Shown in pieces: positions 24,652-39,289 of a DNA stretch of 64,000 nt. Numbering within the stretch: position 1 is the first letter of the stretch; each line of letters begins with the position of its first letter. The translations under genes were made by a program, and so were the position numbers. The notes beneath the pieces were generated by a model that saw nothing but the letters and a program-made list of their open reading frames with translations, was not told the DNA's origin and searched no databases. Source of the stretch: the human T2T-CHM13v2.0 reference genome, Homo sapiens; the NCBI RefSeq assembly GCF_009914755.1, contig NC_060933.1; one strand, 5' to 3'.

Positions 24652-26779
24652 TGGGAGAGTGGGAAGAGGAAGAAGATACAAATGACCAGTACCAGGACTG
24701 AAAGGGAGATATCACTGCAGACCCTACAGACATTAAAAAGGCTAATAAGGGAATACAATAAACAATTTTATGCATACAAATTCAACAGTTTAGATGAGAT
24801 GGACAAATTCCTTGGAAATTATAAATGCCAAAAGTCACCCCAAACTGAATTTTTAGTGACTGGAGGCATTTATCTCAGTGGACTCTCCAGACTTTATTCA
24901 AAGCCATTGCCTGCTTCCATCAAGCTTAGTCTTGAATCTTTACCAATGTTTGATTTATTCCTCTTACTTTTTTTTCTATTAACTTTGAATACCATCCCTC
25001 CTCCTTTCCAAGACTTTATTTATTGTGAGTGATAATTGACATAACCTTCAGGAACCTCAGAAACCTTAGGCATCTGCAGAAACATTTTGAAGCATATCAG
25101 ACTAGCCTATCTTTCTAGAAACCCGATTCCCATTCCCCTCTGCCAAACCCCTCAGCGGCGATGTGTATACTTTGTATTAGTGCATATTCAGGAAGGTTCA
25201 AAGCACTTGTCTGCTACTCTTTGCATGGCCACACCCTCAGTCAAGGGCCTTTCTGCTTCCAGCATCATTACAGATGGATTTGAGGCTTTGGGCTATCTCC
25301 AGGGGAGCCATCTCCTCCAGGTTTTTGTTCCCTTTTCTGACTCAGAACTTAACCATTCTGGCAAAACTTTCTGTGGTGTGGCCATAGTTACAGTACAGCG
25401 TTTGCATTCTATGGGTCTTACAACACTATCCCCCAAATCCACCAATTTTCAGTAGCATGTAGCTTGTCTCATAAGCTTTATTTCCTGCTTTAAAGGATGA
25501 ACAGTCCTCAGAGGAACCAAGTTCCTTGCCCAAATAATTTTGGCAAGGCTAAGACACTGAAGGACATCTATACGCCTTGTTTTCTCATACATCTTAGGCC
25601 TGTAAATTCTGGTTTATGGGTTCACATCCAGAGTCCCTCCTTTCTTTCCAGCTTTCCAATTAGTTTCTGTTAATTTATATGGTAGAAAATACATATTTCA
25701 AAGACGTAGTTCTTAGCTCTGTCTCAAAGTGCTTAAGCAGTTTTTATCAATTTCTTCTTATTTGGGAGTGGTATCCCCAAGCTAATACCGCCTGTGAGGG
25801 AAAAATATATACTCTTAGGCAACATTTTGCTAGTAGCTTGATAATCATAAGAGTGTCTTCTTGCTAGCAATATTTTGAGTACAACAGCAACAGAGTGTGC
25901 AATGGATTCACTGGTTAAGCCAAAAAGTTATAATGTTTGAACCTCCCAAGGGCCACCTCCATATTTAATATGAATTTCTTTAAACCACCAGAGCTGGGCC
26001 TCATTTCTCCCATACTCTGTGGGAGTTCTGACTTTCATCCAAGATCTTCCCTATGACTTTAAGAGCAGAAAGACATGGTCCTTGTGGTGTCTCCCAAACT
26101 GGACTCCTCTTAGTTACAAGTGGACTATGACTGACTTATTAAAATGATCCTCATCTTTCCAGAAACACTTGAATGCTGCCACCAGTATATTTTTTAGCTG
26201 AGACCTTCCTCTTCCTTTTTTCCCCATAACCAGAATCTGTGGTCTGTGCTAACATTGCTTCTCCATGAAAATTTCACTCCCACTCCACTCTTTCTACCTT
26301 TCTGCAGATGCCTGCACTTTCACCGCAAATCATGAAATGATTACATATTTTTAACAGCATTATTGAGATTAAATTTATTTACCATAAAGCTCACCCAGGT
26401 AGCAGTGGCTGCCAGCTATACCCTTTCATAGAATTAGCCTTTTCTTTAGGCTTTGCTCTTCTCAAAACAAATACTTCCCTTTTTGTTCTCTTGTTTCCTC
26501 TTGTAAGTCCCTAGGATTATTAAACATAGGGCTTGAATTTCACTTTGAAATGTTTTCCACGTTTGTGGTAATAATGTCACCTGAGGGTTTCTACTAGATT
26601 AAGTAAAGGAAGAAACAGAGTGGGAGGGGAATGAAGTGTGACAAACTCTCTTATAAAAGATAAGGCAAAAATGGCAGTCAATTATTGTTTCTGATAAATG
26701 TAATGTCATCCAATAATTTATAGTAATTCTGAGAACTATAGCCAGTAAAATGAATTTGCATAGTCTGTCTTCTTTAGGA

Positions 26780-27280
26780 CACTGATTTTCAAACTTGAAT
26801 GCACACTGGAATCACCCGAGGAATTTAAAAAAACACCGACACCTGGATCCCACACAAGGACCCTGATTTAAATGGTATGAATTGCAACCTGAGCATCAAG
26901 ATTTTTTAAAGTTCCCTAGGTGATTCTATTGTGCTACGAAGTGACTCTTTTACTGCAAACTTGTTAGCATGATCAGAATCACCAGGGGAGTTTGATAAAA
27001 TAGATTGCTAGAGTTTTTGATTCAGTACATTTGGGTGAGACCAGAGAATTTCAAGTTCTAGCAAATTTTTGGCTAAAACTGATGCTATTTTTCTGGAGAC
27101 TATATCTTGAGAATCACTGCTTTAGAGCACTTTAATATGCAAATGAATCACCTGAGGATTCTGTTAAAAGGCAGTTTTGATTCAGTAGATATGGAACTGG
27201 ACCTGAAATTCTGCATTTCTAATAAGCTCTTAAGTTATGCCAGTGCTGCTGATCCATGGATCACACTTTAAACAGCAAAA
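26780..27280. mobile_element. Three adjacent MER5-family MITEs
   Basis: gaatcacc core recurs at ~26809, ~26975 and ~27145; the last two are followed by gattcagta, the first by ggtgattct. Confidence 0.7.
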
Positions 27281-27571
27281 GATTAGAGTACAGAGGTTAA
27301 CAATTATAATTAGAGAATACAGTAAATAAATTTTATTTTGTAAAAATATTGAGAAAAAAATTAGCACCAAAGCACCAATTTAAAGGATATTTTATTCCTT
27401 AATTTCCATATTATTACATGGATACATGATTTTTTAAAATTCCATGATCTTTGAGAAATTAACAAAATATTTTGGAAATGTTGTATCATGAGGAATTCAA
27501 AATTACTCTCTTTTTTTAAGGTAAAGGTGTCAATATTCAAGAATGCCCCCCAAATCATTGAATGATTACAT

Positions 27572-27800
27572 ATTTTAACAGCTTTATTGAGATATAATTT
27601 ACTCATTTGAAGTGTACAATTTTATGGTTTTCAGTATCTTTTCATCATCACAAAAGAAAACTCATTGTTCATCACTCCCCATTTTTCTACTATCTGAGTC
27701 CTAGGCAGTAACTAAGCTGCTTTCTGCCTCCATAAGTTGCCTATTCCGGACATATCATATAAATGGGATCACACAATACGCAGTCTTTTGTTCCTTCATT
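27572..27800 (-). mobile_element. L1MB/MC 3' end fragment
   Basis: acagctttattgagatataatt..aagtgtacaatt..ttgcctattccggacatatcatataaatgggatc. Confidence 0.7.
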
Positions 27801-30800
27801 TATCGTAACACTTGCTTTTCCATGATATAATCCCATCAACATTATATATGGATATTTTTCTGGTGATATTTAAAAATTAATATTCAGCTGTTCCATCTAT
27901 TGGTTTATTTTTAAGTGTAAATAATCAATTCTAACCAAGAATGTAGAAGTAAACCAGTAACTCACATTTCTGCTTTTAAGTATACTAAGAACAGTATCAA
28001 ATGTGGCTCTCACAGTTCTGAAACTTAAGAGGAACGCATGGAGATTCTGATTGTGATATTTATGTCTATGTATTTTTTCTCTTGATTTTGGTAATTTACA
28101 ATATGGGAATAAGTCCATCTTCCAAAACCTAATTAGGAATACAGTGTTTAGCAGATCAGTAATATGTGTATTTCTCTCTTTCTAATTAGGATAATCCTCA
28201 CCAGCCTCAGAGTTCATGTCTGAAAGTATAGAGGCGGCAGATAACCAATGCAAGTGAACATGGGTGAAAATGGATGAAAGTCCATCTGGGCTGTCTGCAA
28301 AATGAGAAGATTCTAGACACTGTTTCTTAAATACCTTGGAGGCGAGGATCACAAAATGCTCTCAGAAGTTTATGAAAGCTATGGAGTCTCCGGAAATATT
28401 CAGAATTTTGCATGTAATTTTCATAGATTGCAGATTCCCTGAAGAACACCAGTAGTTGAGGACTCCTAGAACCCAGGTTAACAGTAGCTAGGGTTCATGC
28501 AGTACTTGACATGTAGTAAGTTATAAATGTTTGTGATGATGAGAATTAATAGCTTTGTTTCATGGAGTGAAGAATGAGAAAAAAAATACTTGTTTTTATA
28601 AATGGAGTTTTTAATGATTACAGAAAATATGTTTCCAGAGCCTGGAAACAGGCTGTTTGTTAACATTCATTATCAGTGTTTATTATTTTTAATGCTCATT
28701 CTTTTGTTTTTAATTGGCAGTTTTGGCAATATGGAATAGTCCATTTAGGAACTCCTGACTACTTGTTATTTACTTTATACCAAGCACGCTGATAATCAAT
28801 TTACCTGGATTAGCTCATTTAATCCAAACAAATCCCAATAAGTAGGTTTCTCTAATAAAGAAGTTGAGACTTAGAGTAACTCGTAATGGTCCCAAAGACT
28901 GTCATGTGTAGGGAACAACTTTGTTTCATGAAGTGAAGAATGTATAGAACACAAACTATTTTTTATAACCACCTTCATTGGCAAAATAATTGCTGAAAAA
29001 TTCCTACAGATTCCAGCAAGCATTTGTTAATAATAATTTGTTGCTTTGTGTTGATGTATAATCTGGCTTTCACTGATATTTTAGTAAGGACTCTGCACAG
29101 GATAAGTATGGATAGCTAGCTAGAAGCTATTCTCACTCTTCTCTTCAGCATGGTGACTTGAATTTCCATGGTATAGTTTCAACATTGTCATTTGGTTTCC
29201 TCATTATCTTTGGCTTTTCCAAGAGCATGCTACCTATATTATAAACTGAACCTTATTTTATGTTCTATAGCTCCATAGCTTGTTTCTGCTTCATTCAACC
29301 TGATTTCATGCTAAACATGAAAGTAGCTATAAAATTCCTACTTTAAAGTGTTAATTGAAAGATTATGAAGAAAAGAACAGGGTTTTAGTAAAGACTATAT
29401 TTAACTGATGGTAAAGACTATCATGACCAAATTTATTTGGCAAATGTTTGCCACTAATGTTGACAGGTAATGTAAATGGCTCATACTATAATAATCTGCT
29501 TTCTTTTTTTGTCTTCTTCCAGGTTCTGGATGAAGCCTTCCACCATTTTAAAGCTCCTTTTATGGATATTTCTGGTTTTGGTCTCAGATTTTCATTCTCC
29601 AAACATTCTCTTTAGATGACCACATTCACTTTCAAGTATTCATGCCAAATAAATCTTCATTTCCAGCCCAGACCTCCCTCCAAACTCTTGGTTTGTTTAG
29701 TCACTTGCAACACAGATTATTCATCCAGATTTCCATGGGCATCTCAAAATCAACACATCCAAAATGAAGTTATCATCCCTGATAATCCTCCTAGCTCCTG
29801 TCCCATTCATCTCCCTCCCATCTCTCACCCATAAAGAATTAACTACTGATGTTTCTCACTAACCAACCCATAATAATGACCTGCATTAATTAATCCATGT
29901 GCAATTCAGAATTACTTACATTCATTTATCCATGTGATATTTTCACTCATTAATCACCATCGTCTGCATATGTAAACAGGAACAACAACATCCACCTATC
30001 CCAGCAGGGGTTTTGCAATTACTTTAAAGCCTTTTCAAATATATTTTTGTGTGATTAAAATGATGGAGATATTTCAAATGAATTCAAGTATAAAATGCAA
30101 AATATTCCAACTTCATAAACTGTTTACTTCTGGCTTAGAAAATGTTAATATTTTTACTCAACCCATCTGGCTCTGGAGATGCTGTGTGTGCTTGATAATT
30201 GTATGTGAAAATTATTATTTGCATCTTTAAAAATTACTTGAGGAATGCTATTTATTAAACTTGTTATTCCTATCTATTTTTTGACAACATAATACAACTT
30301 TAAATTCAAAAGAAAAATTGACAAGACATATTTTAGCAGTTTAAAATGAACATCACAGATACAAAATGATCAAAGTAAAATATTATTAGCTGTAGATGAC
30401 TCAAATATTTCCTCGTCTTACTGTCTTTTGTTTTGATGTGATTTCCTTCCATCCTTAAAAAATCCTGTAGCACCATCTGCTCCTATAACACTTTGGCATG
30501 CTTAAAAATTTCATTTCCAGACTCGGCAGTTTTGAAATACTTCCATGGACATTTCTTAAAGAAAATAAGTTGGAAGAATTTCCATTCCTCCCAGCTTGTT
30601 TCTTAATAAACAGCAGACGAAGTACTCAAGAAACACAGAGCTATATAAATGTTTTGTTATAATCAGACATTTCCCTTCTGATTTTCCCTCTGACCCTGTG
30701 GCTATATTATGCCTGAGGAAACAGTATTTTATATGCTATGTGCACAGTTTATGCAACAATTTTTTAATATGCAGATCTGGTTTTATAATCTGAATTCTAA

Positions 30801-31299
30801 AATGTAATGAATTTCCATGAAGTGTATGTTTCATGGATAAGCCAGCATTTAATAAATGACTAGATTACCCAAACACTCCAAGGGAAGTTGGAGACTAAGC
30901 AAGTAATATCAGTAAAAATAATCCAATAAACTAAATAGATTCTCCTTCTACGAAATTTAACCATACATTTAGAAAAAATTAGACTTCCAGTTTTTGACAG
31001 CGGTAATGGAAAATTAAGTGGCTCATTTTTTCAATGTGTATGACTCCAAGTCGTTGAAACTGATACAGAAGTATAAATAAGAGGTATTAAGTGATGCTGA
31101 AACTGTGGTAGGAGAAATAGCAATGGACTAATGGCCTCCTCAGGGAAGCCTAAATATAGGTGTTGCATTGTTTACAAATATATTCATCCTTTTAGTCACT
31201 TATTCAGCATATATCAAACACCTACTATGTCTAGATTTCATGTTAGTTTCTGCAATGAATCAATAATTTCCTTGTCATTTTAAAATAATATTTATCTAT

Positions 31300-32200
31300 C
31301 ATCTTAGAGATGCAACTTGGTCCCCTTCATCCAGCAATTTCTACTCTAACCCGTTTTTCACATAATAGCCAGAGTAAATTTTGTAAAGTTACAATTGTAT
31401 TGTAGGATAAAGGTCTAACTCCTTAATGTGGTTTACAATGCCCTTTACAAAAGTCTCACTTTTACTTACCCTCTTAGTCTCTGCCTTTCTACACTTACTG
31501 TCTAGCCATACTGAATTACTTCGCTGTCACTCGAGACTTAGTTCTTTGCATGCTCTTTCCTCCACCAAAAATATTTTTTTTTCTCCTCTCCTTACCTGGC
31601 TTCTTTTTTAAAAACTTTTATTTATTTATTTATTTATTTTGAGACAGAGTCTCTCTCTATCACCCAGGTGGGAGTGCAGGGGTGCAATCTCGGGCTCACT
31701 GCAACCTCTGCCTTCCAGGTTCAAGCGATCCTCCTGCCTCACCCTCCCAAGTAGCTGGGATTACAGGCATGCACCACCATGCCTGGCTAATTTTTGTAGT
31801 TTTAGTAGAGACGGGGTTTCACCATGTTGGCCAGGCTGGTCTCAAACTCCTGACCTCAAGTGATCTGCCTGAGGCCTCCCAAAGTACTGGGATTACAGGC
31901 GTGAGCCACCGTTCCCGGCCTCTTTACCTGACTTCTTTTCTTTACCCTTTAGTTTCTGACATAAACATCTTATCAGTGAAACCTTCCCTAAGGAACAATG
32001 CCAAGTCAGATGACCATAGTGACCTATGCTTTCCACCTTGCAGCACATAACACAGCCAGTTATTTATTTCCTTGCCTCTTCTACTGGACTGTAAACCCCT
32101 TGAGGACAGGAAATATACTTTGCTTGCCCTGGAAACCTCGTTATGTGAAATAGCACTTTGGCATACCTTGGTAAAAAAAAGGCTGAATGAGGAAGTGGAA
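31300..32200 (+). mobile_element. L2 3' fragment interrupted by an Alu
   Basis: ctagccatactgaa, cagtgaaaccttcccta, ctactggactgtaaaccccttgaggacagg. Confidence 0.65.
31608..31920 (-). mobile_element. AluSx/Sz-like
   Basis: Full dimer with (TTTA)n tail; TSD ttacctg(g/a)cttcttt. Confidence 0.92.
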
Positions 32201-34930
32201 GAGTGAGCCATGCATTCTTCCTGTCTCTCTGAGTGAGGTCATTCAAAATGGCAAGGGTGTAAAGACGAGGGAGGCATTCATTTGCCTTGCCACTTGACTA
32301 CATGGGTTGGAATATTTGATGGTAAATGCACATACTTAATCATACTCTTTTTTAAACACTACATTTAAATTCTAATTTACTATTAAAATATTTCCAACTT
32401 AAATCAGTAATGCCTTAATTTTTCTTATGGAGAAGAGTGTGTGACTTACTCTTCTTGTTTACTTTAGTGCATTATGATGGACTGAAATACAAAACAATTC
32501 CAAGATCAACTTAAATATATTTTTCTTGTTTTGGAAGCAGAATAATAATAACAAATTAACTAATCTAGAGAAATAAATATGTTCAGTAGAGAGATAATTG
32601 CATTTGCTTGGGTAAAATATTTTGGCTTGCTCAGTATCACATGTATACAGCTGTATTTCTAAAACAACTTTATTCATAAATAACATTTCTTTAAATATTT
32701 ATTGATAATGATATGGCAATCTAGTATACTATGACTTTAACCTCTATAGATTCTAAGATCAAATATGTAAATGAAATAAACATACATCTATGCATATTCA
32801 ACTAGGAAGCATTGTATTGAAACACTAATGATAGTATTAAGGGTTGAATTTTATTTTCATTTTTTTACTTTTCTATATTTTTCCAAACTTTGAGAATGAG
32901 CACATAGAAAAGAAAACCAATTAACATTTTTATATATGAGATAGAGCAGAAAAGATAATGACATTGTTCAAGAGAGAAATAGTAGATATGGGTGTTCCAT
33001 AAGTTTCTTGCTAGCTTTAAAACTAATTTTATGAGTTCTCAATTGTACTGTCAAAAAATATATAGATTTCAATCCAGTAGAGATTCAAATAGAAATATCT
33101 GTCAAATATTCTTTCTTAATAGATAATTAATGAAAAAGCATACAATATGACTGTCATAAAAGGTGAATGCCTTTCACCTCATGGGCACTTACGTATCTAA
33201 TGAATCCATGAACTGGTCAATGAATAGAAACTGAAGTTTGTGTATTAAAATCCTGTCTCTGCTGCCCTCCAGTGGCTTAACTCTGAAGAACTTCAAAAGA
33301 GAAAATCAAGTGCCATCTATTCCCAGATCCTTATTTGTGGTGAGTATGAATGCTCAGGTGTGTGAGCTTGGGATTTTTCCTGGACAGTTTTGTATTTGTC
33401 CTATTAGATATTACCTTGGTATATCAAGACCAAATTCCCAAGACTAAATGCATTACCCATCTCCTCCCACCTGCAGAAGGGTAAGCTGGAGCAACTGCCA
33501 TAAATGGTGCCAATAAATACTAGCATTTGTTCGTGGACAGTTTATAGAGACTTTTCAATTGTGTTATCACAGAAAACTCCTAGTAAGAAATAGTGGTGAT
33601 AGCAATTGCATCTCGTTTATTAGAAATTTCTCTGATTCCCTTTACAAAGTGGGTGATGGTGTCAGTGTTATCTTTAGGTATGAAAACCCTATGAACAGCT
33701 TATAGTCTAAAACTTACAATGTGGTGCTGTAGAAAGATGTTAGCTTAGCAGCAAACATCATCAATAAATATCTTCTGCAATCTGGTAACCATTAGAATTA
33801 TATATTTTTTATTGCCCTGGACTATGAGAATTACATTCTGAATTCATTTGGTATCTTGTGTAGGCATAGGAGAAAACCTTTTTGTATCTAAGAAAATGGG
33901 GTTTTTGACATTGACTATCACCTGTTCCCAGATCTCCTAGGACTCAGACCTCAGACCTCACACCCCTGAAAGCTGAAACCTCGGGGGTTTCAGATAGTGA
34001 TCTCTAATTGAGTTCTTGTCTAGATGAATTCTTAAAATATTTTACCTTTCCCTGTTATTGTGGTTCTGGAATATTCTTTTGGTTTTAGCCAAGGAAATCT
34101 CTCAATTTCTTCAAAAGTTTGCTACTGTGCCTCTAGGTGGTACAATTATTTCCATCTTTTTGCTCATTTGCAGCCTGTCTTTTTGGATTATAGTCTCTCA
34201 CTACTTAAGCAATTTCTTCCTTTTCTGTAGTATGTCTCATTTGTCCTTCATAATAATGAATGTCTGTGTTTTTTATTCTCAGGTAGATTACTGGAATTTT
34301 ACGTATATTTTATTGGTGTTCTCATGAATGCTTGGATTTAACAATTGTACCATTTTCCAACGTTCTATGTCATAGTAATTTTGCAACTTGTTTTCAATTA
34401 ATAATATGTTGAGAATAGTGTACATAAAATGCATTTTAGAACTAATCCTAAGATAAAGTGTCTCACCAAAGCATATTTTATAACAATAAAGCAGTAGAAA
34501 AAATAAGTTAACTAAATGTCCAACAAGTGGAGATGTATTATATAAATTCAGTACCATCAAAAATGTAATATTACTCAGTAATTAAAATTATATTTTATTT
34601 AAATGTTCATTGGCTTGTGAAAAGTCTATAACATACCAAGTAGAAGTTAAAGTTATATTTTGTAAGTTAAAAAAATTTTAAAAGGTGAGAAGTATATACA
34701 AGATTTTTCCCATTTTTTTAGAAATGGATATGCATGTGTATATTGTATGTATGTTTATATGTTATGTATATGCACACAAAAATGCCTAAAAGGATATGAG
34801 TTACTAATAGTGATTTTATCTTTGGTGTGGTTGTCATTATTTAAATCTAAAATAAAAAAAATCTTAACTCCATTATCCTTCATGAAGCCCTTAATCTAAT
34901 CGAATAGTTCCTTAAACTCTAGCATATACT

Positions 34931-35589
34931 ACTTTTATGCTGTTGGTGGGACTGTAAACTAGTTCAACCGTTATGGAAGTCAGTGTGGCGATTCCTCAGG
35001 GATCTAGAACTAGAAATACCATTTGACCCAGCAATCCCATTACTGGGTATATCAAAGGACTATAAATCATGCTGCTATAAAGACACATGCACACGTATGT
35101 TTATTGCAGAACTATTCACAGTAGCAAAGACTTGGAACCAACCCAAATGTCCAACAATGATAGACTGGATTAAGAAAATGTGGCACATATACACCATGGA
35201 ATAATACTATGCAGACATAAAAAAGGATGAGTTCATGTCCTTTGTAGGGACATGGATGAAGCTGGAAACCATCATTCTCAGCCAACTATCACAAGGACAA
35301 AAAACCAAACACCTCATGTTCTCACTCATAGGTGGGAATTGAACGATGAGAACACATGGACACAGGAAGGGGAACATCACACACTGGGGCCTGTTGTGGG
35401 GTGCGGGGAGAGCGGAGGGATAGCATTAGGAGATATACCTAATGTTAAATGACGAGTTAATAGGTGCAGCACACCAACATGGCACATGTATATATATGTA
35501 ACTAACCTGCACGTTGTGCACATGTACCCTAAAACTTAAAAGTATAAAAAAAAATAAATTAAAATAAACAGCTGAAATGAAAAAAAAAA
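34931..35589 (+). mobile_element. 5'-truncated L1PA4-like element with short 3' transduction
   Basis: ORF2 C-terminus ([21 protein letters not shown]); 3' UTR gttaaatgacgagttaa; 17-bp TSD aaactctagcatatact. Confidence 0.92.
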
Positions 35590-35841
35590 AAACTCTAGCA
35601 TATACTTTCAGTTTCCTAAACACTCTCATAAATGTATTGTAGTGCAATAAAATCTAACACATTATAATGCCATCTTTATTCTATCATCTCCTATCAGTTC
35701 TTAGTGGAATAAATTTGAGATCAGAACAGTAAGATAATTCTATTGACCAATGGACATTACTGAATCGGGGGAAATTCCAAAGTGGAAATGCACTGTGTCA
35801 CACGTTTGTTTATTATAGTTGCAGCCTCAGCATTCATAAGT

Positions 35842-36471
35842 TGTTAGGAATCCCATAACCACTTAGGACTGACATAAGTTGTTTGAATCCCAGTCATACC
35901 CCGTCACCTTTGGCCTAGTTAAAACTCCCCCTTCCTGCGAGGTTGTTTGCAAAATAACATGCTTATGCCTCATACCACTGATCCAAAACCCAATGCATCC
36001 CACCATTGCCAAGCACAATAACACCTAATGGTCAACACCAGAGCTCTAAAAATAAGTTCCTCATTCACACATGTTTTCTTTACACTAGCCAATCCACAAC
36101 TTCCGCAGGAAAAACTAAGGGATAGTGCCCGTGGCTTTGGTCCTTCCTAAAGACATAGCCCCACAGGTTCCCCTCCTCCCCATCTCATTGCCCACCCACT
36201 GGTTGAGCTTCCTGCTACCACCTACAGATTTCCCCATAGGCCTCACATTGGCACCCCCAACCTCTCTGGAACCGGTGAGTAATAAATTGCTTCTGTTTTA
36301 TGCATTTTGGTTTCACAACCTCACTGAGTCTCACTTGGCTGACATACTTGAGGCTAACTTTCCCCCTATCAGGGCTCTCCTAGGGAGTGTCTATCTCGGC
36401 TTATGGCGACTCTCAAGAGAGAGATCACAAAAACAAAGCAGACAGAAATGATAACAATAGAAATCATAACA
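35842..36471 (+). mobile_element. MER74/MER54-group ERVL LTR
   Basis: TG..CA termini, AATAAA at 36281, cagggctctcctag.gagtg.ctatct.ggc motif. Confidence 0.6.
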
Positions 36472-36479
36472 CACTGCAT

Positions 36480-37028
36480 TGGAGAAGTACAGAGAGTTTT
36501 CTTCAGACCTCTTAGGTTCTGTGGCTGGGTCTGAGAATTAAAGTAACAGAAGACATATTAACAAGAGAAAAACATACAAGTTTAATTTTTTTCATATGTA
36601 CACGGGAGTCTTCATAAGGAAAATTAAGACCTGAAGAAGTTATTAGGCCTCAATAGTTATATATCTTTTTAAACAAACAACAATAAATTGTGAGGATGTG
36701 ACAACAAAGAGGCTTGGGCCAAAGGCAGTAAATGTGGGACAGTGACTAGGAAATATATGGGAGAGACTAGTGGAAGATAAGGACTATTATAATAGATTTG
36801 TTTGTACGATTGATTTTGGTGTCAACTCCAAGTCTCCAGTGATAAAGATGGTCTTCTCTTCCTGGTACAAGAAGGGCATCTTTTTCACGGGAAATTTTAT
36901 GGCCTGCTTTTAGATAAAAGGTGTTCAAAGCGTATTTTCTGTATCTGCTGATTCTCAAGTGTCTCCAGCTCAAAATAATCAATATGCAAAACAATAAATT
37001 TGGGGGTGACGTGTTCTGAACCCCTTTA
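36480..37028 (-). mobile_element. MER34-like ERV1 LTR
   Basis: Minus strand begins aaggggttcagaacacgtcacccccaaat..catattgattattttgagctggagacacttgagaa. Confidence 0.65.
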
Positions 37029-39289
37029 GAAGAAAAATACATCAAGTTTGGTTAATAGACAAAAAATAAAACAAGATAAATAGATAAATTAAAAAGACAT
37101 TTGTCATTGAGATTTATGGAGAGACACACAACAAAAGGCAAACAAATTGACCAATCTGTGGAATGCCTTCCATTCCTGTTGCAACAAAAGTAGACAAATA
37201 ACACAATAATAATTTGACCTGATAGAATTAAAATTTTACCAAAAGCTGAACAGAGCATATAACACTCCCAATTTTCCTGGCAATGGGGCTGTCATTTCTA
37301 TAATAATTACATTTTAATGAGGATAAAACATATCCAAATAAGATAAGCAATAATTAAAATCTGAGTCACATGTGTTCTACTTAGTTCCACTTTAAGGAAA
37401 GATCTGAAGAGGAATTGAGAGATTTTTGTTGCAGGCCAAAAATAAAGTTATGAGAAAATAATTTGAGTGATATAAATGAATGATAAAATTAAGCCTTTGT
37501 TCTGAAGAGCCTCTGGGTATCACACAACTGTGTTTGTCCCAGTGTCTTTGATGGTGATAGCCACATTGTCTCACCTGTTCTTCCCATCAGCATTTCTGAT
37601 TGGAGAAAATGAAGACTAGAAAGTGGCAAAAGCTCATTCTTTCAGTGGCCTGAGAAACCCAGTAGCCATAATGAAAAATGTTGACAGATTTTAACTATAT
37701 AATTACTTAAATACTCTTTCGGGATAATGATGGTTCATAAACAAGATTAAAAAGGCAAATAATAGAGGAAAATGTTGCAACACATGAATCATGAATTAAT
37801 GTCTTAAATCTTTCAAATCAATAAGGAAAGGCAAAACTTGACTGAAAAGTGAACAAAGGATGGAGCAGGCAATTCATAGGAGTAATGCAAATGGTGTAGG
37901 AACACAAAAAGTAAATCATCTTCTCTGGGAACCCTAGAAATGCACACTAAAACAAAAATGAAATTCTCTTTTACTCCATCAGTTTAGCAGTGGTGTAAGC
38001 ACAGAGGCATTCTCATCTGTTGTTACTGAGAGGCAAATTAACAGAGCCTTTGGGAAGGCAGTGTTACACCCTCTAAAAATATTTAAAATGTGAAAAGCTA
38101 AGACAGCAATTTCACTTCAAGGAATTTAATCTCTAAAACTATAATGCACACATATATACACATAAGCAAACAGGATAAAAATATTTATGTATGAAATTGT
38201 TCCCTGTAGAAATATTTGTGTAGCAGTCAAATTGTAATCAATATAAAGGATGAAATAAATTATAATATGTGCTTATTACTAGTATGCTGCAATGCAATGT
38301 TTCCACTTAAAATGGGTTAGAACTATGTGTACAAACATTGAATGATGTCTTTAATATAGTTTGAGTTCAAACATGTTGCAGTTATGTATATGTTATATAT
38401 GTATGTATATATATGCACATTAAATCATATTTTAAAAATAAATTCAGATGAGTTGTATGATTAAGTTTTCTGTCTGGGTATCACCATTTATTTTTCTGTT
38501 ATTTATTAAACTGACCTTGGACAAGTGACCTGACTCCATGTCCTCCATGTCTAAAATGGAAATAATAATTTGGTGAGTCTTAAATGAATTAATAAATGTA
38601 AAACAATTAGAATCTAAGTGTAAAGCCTGGCACAGGGTTAAACTATATGTGATGTCTATTATTATAGTATTTTTGTTATCTAAATTGAATGATTTTAACC
38701 CTTCTTACAAATAATGTTTTCTCACATAGACATTATTTTTTCTTTTTTTCTTATTAATAGAACCCTGACCTTGTTTTTTATCCATGCACTTTTGTGTATC
38801 TAAGTGCTTAAGAGGAAAATAGACTCATTTCCAGTCTCATCAATTAAATCTTGATTAGTTTAAGCCAGTGATAAGCCGAAATGTGAACATTTTAGGTCAA
38901 TGAGATATGACAGATAATTACCTAGATTTCTGGAAAGAATTCTGGGATCTTGAAAAGAGGCATAAACAAGAGACTGTCTTTTCAAGTTTTGTTTGTTTGT
39001 TTGTTTTATATCTAGATGTTGGTTTGTAATGATATGAGGCCTGAAGCTGCTGCAGTTATTTTATCCCTGTGAGGGAAATTAGCACCCACAGATGATGATA
39101 AACGGAAGAGATAAAAAGAATCTGTGTCTTTGTTGACATTGCTGAGCTACTGAATTGATCACTCATAGAAGGCCTTATTATATAAGATAATAAATATTGT
39201 TTTTCAAAAACTATTTTGATTGGGATTTAAATGTAAAGAACACGTCTCAATAAATATATCCATAATCCTGATACTTTGAAAAATCTATC

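Larger units (their letters stand above)
20900..24850 (+). mobile_element. L1M 5' half (5' UTR, ORF1, ORF2 endonuclease), degenerate, hosting MER8, a MIR fragment and LTR10
   Basis: ORF1-like (acagattcaagaag, cagcagacctgc) and endonuclease-like (gacatttatagaatacaccaccca, gaccatatgctgggccataa) motifs; resumes after 24655 (gaccctacagacattaaaaag). Confidence 0.75.
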
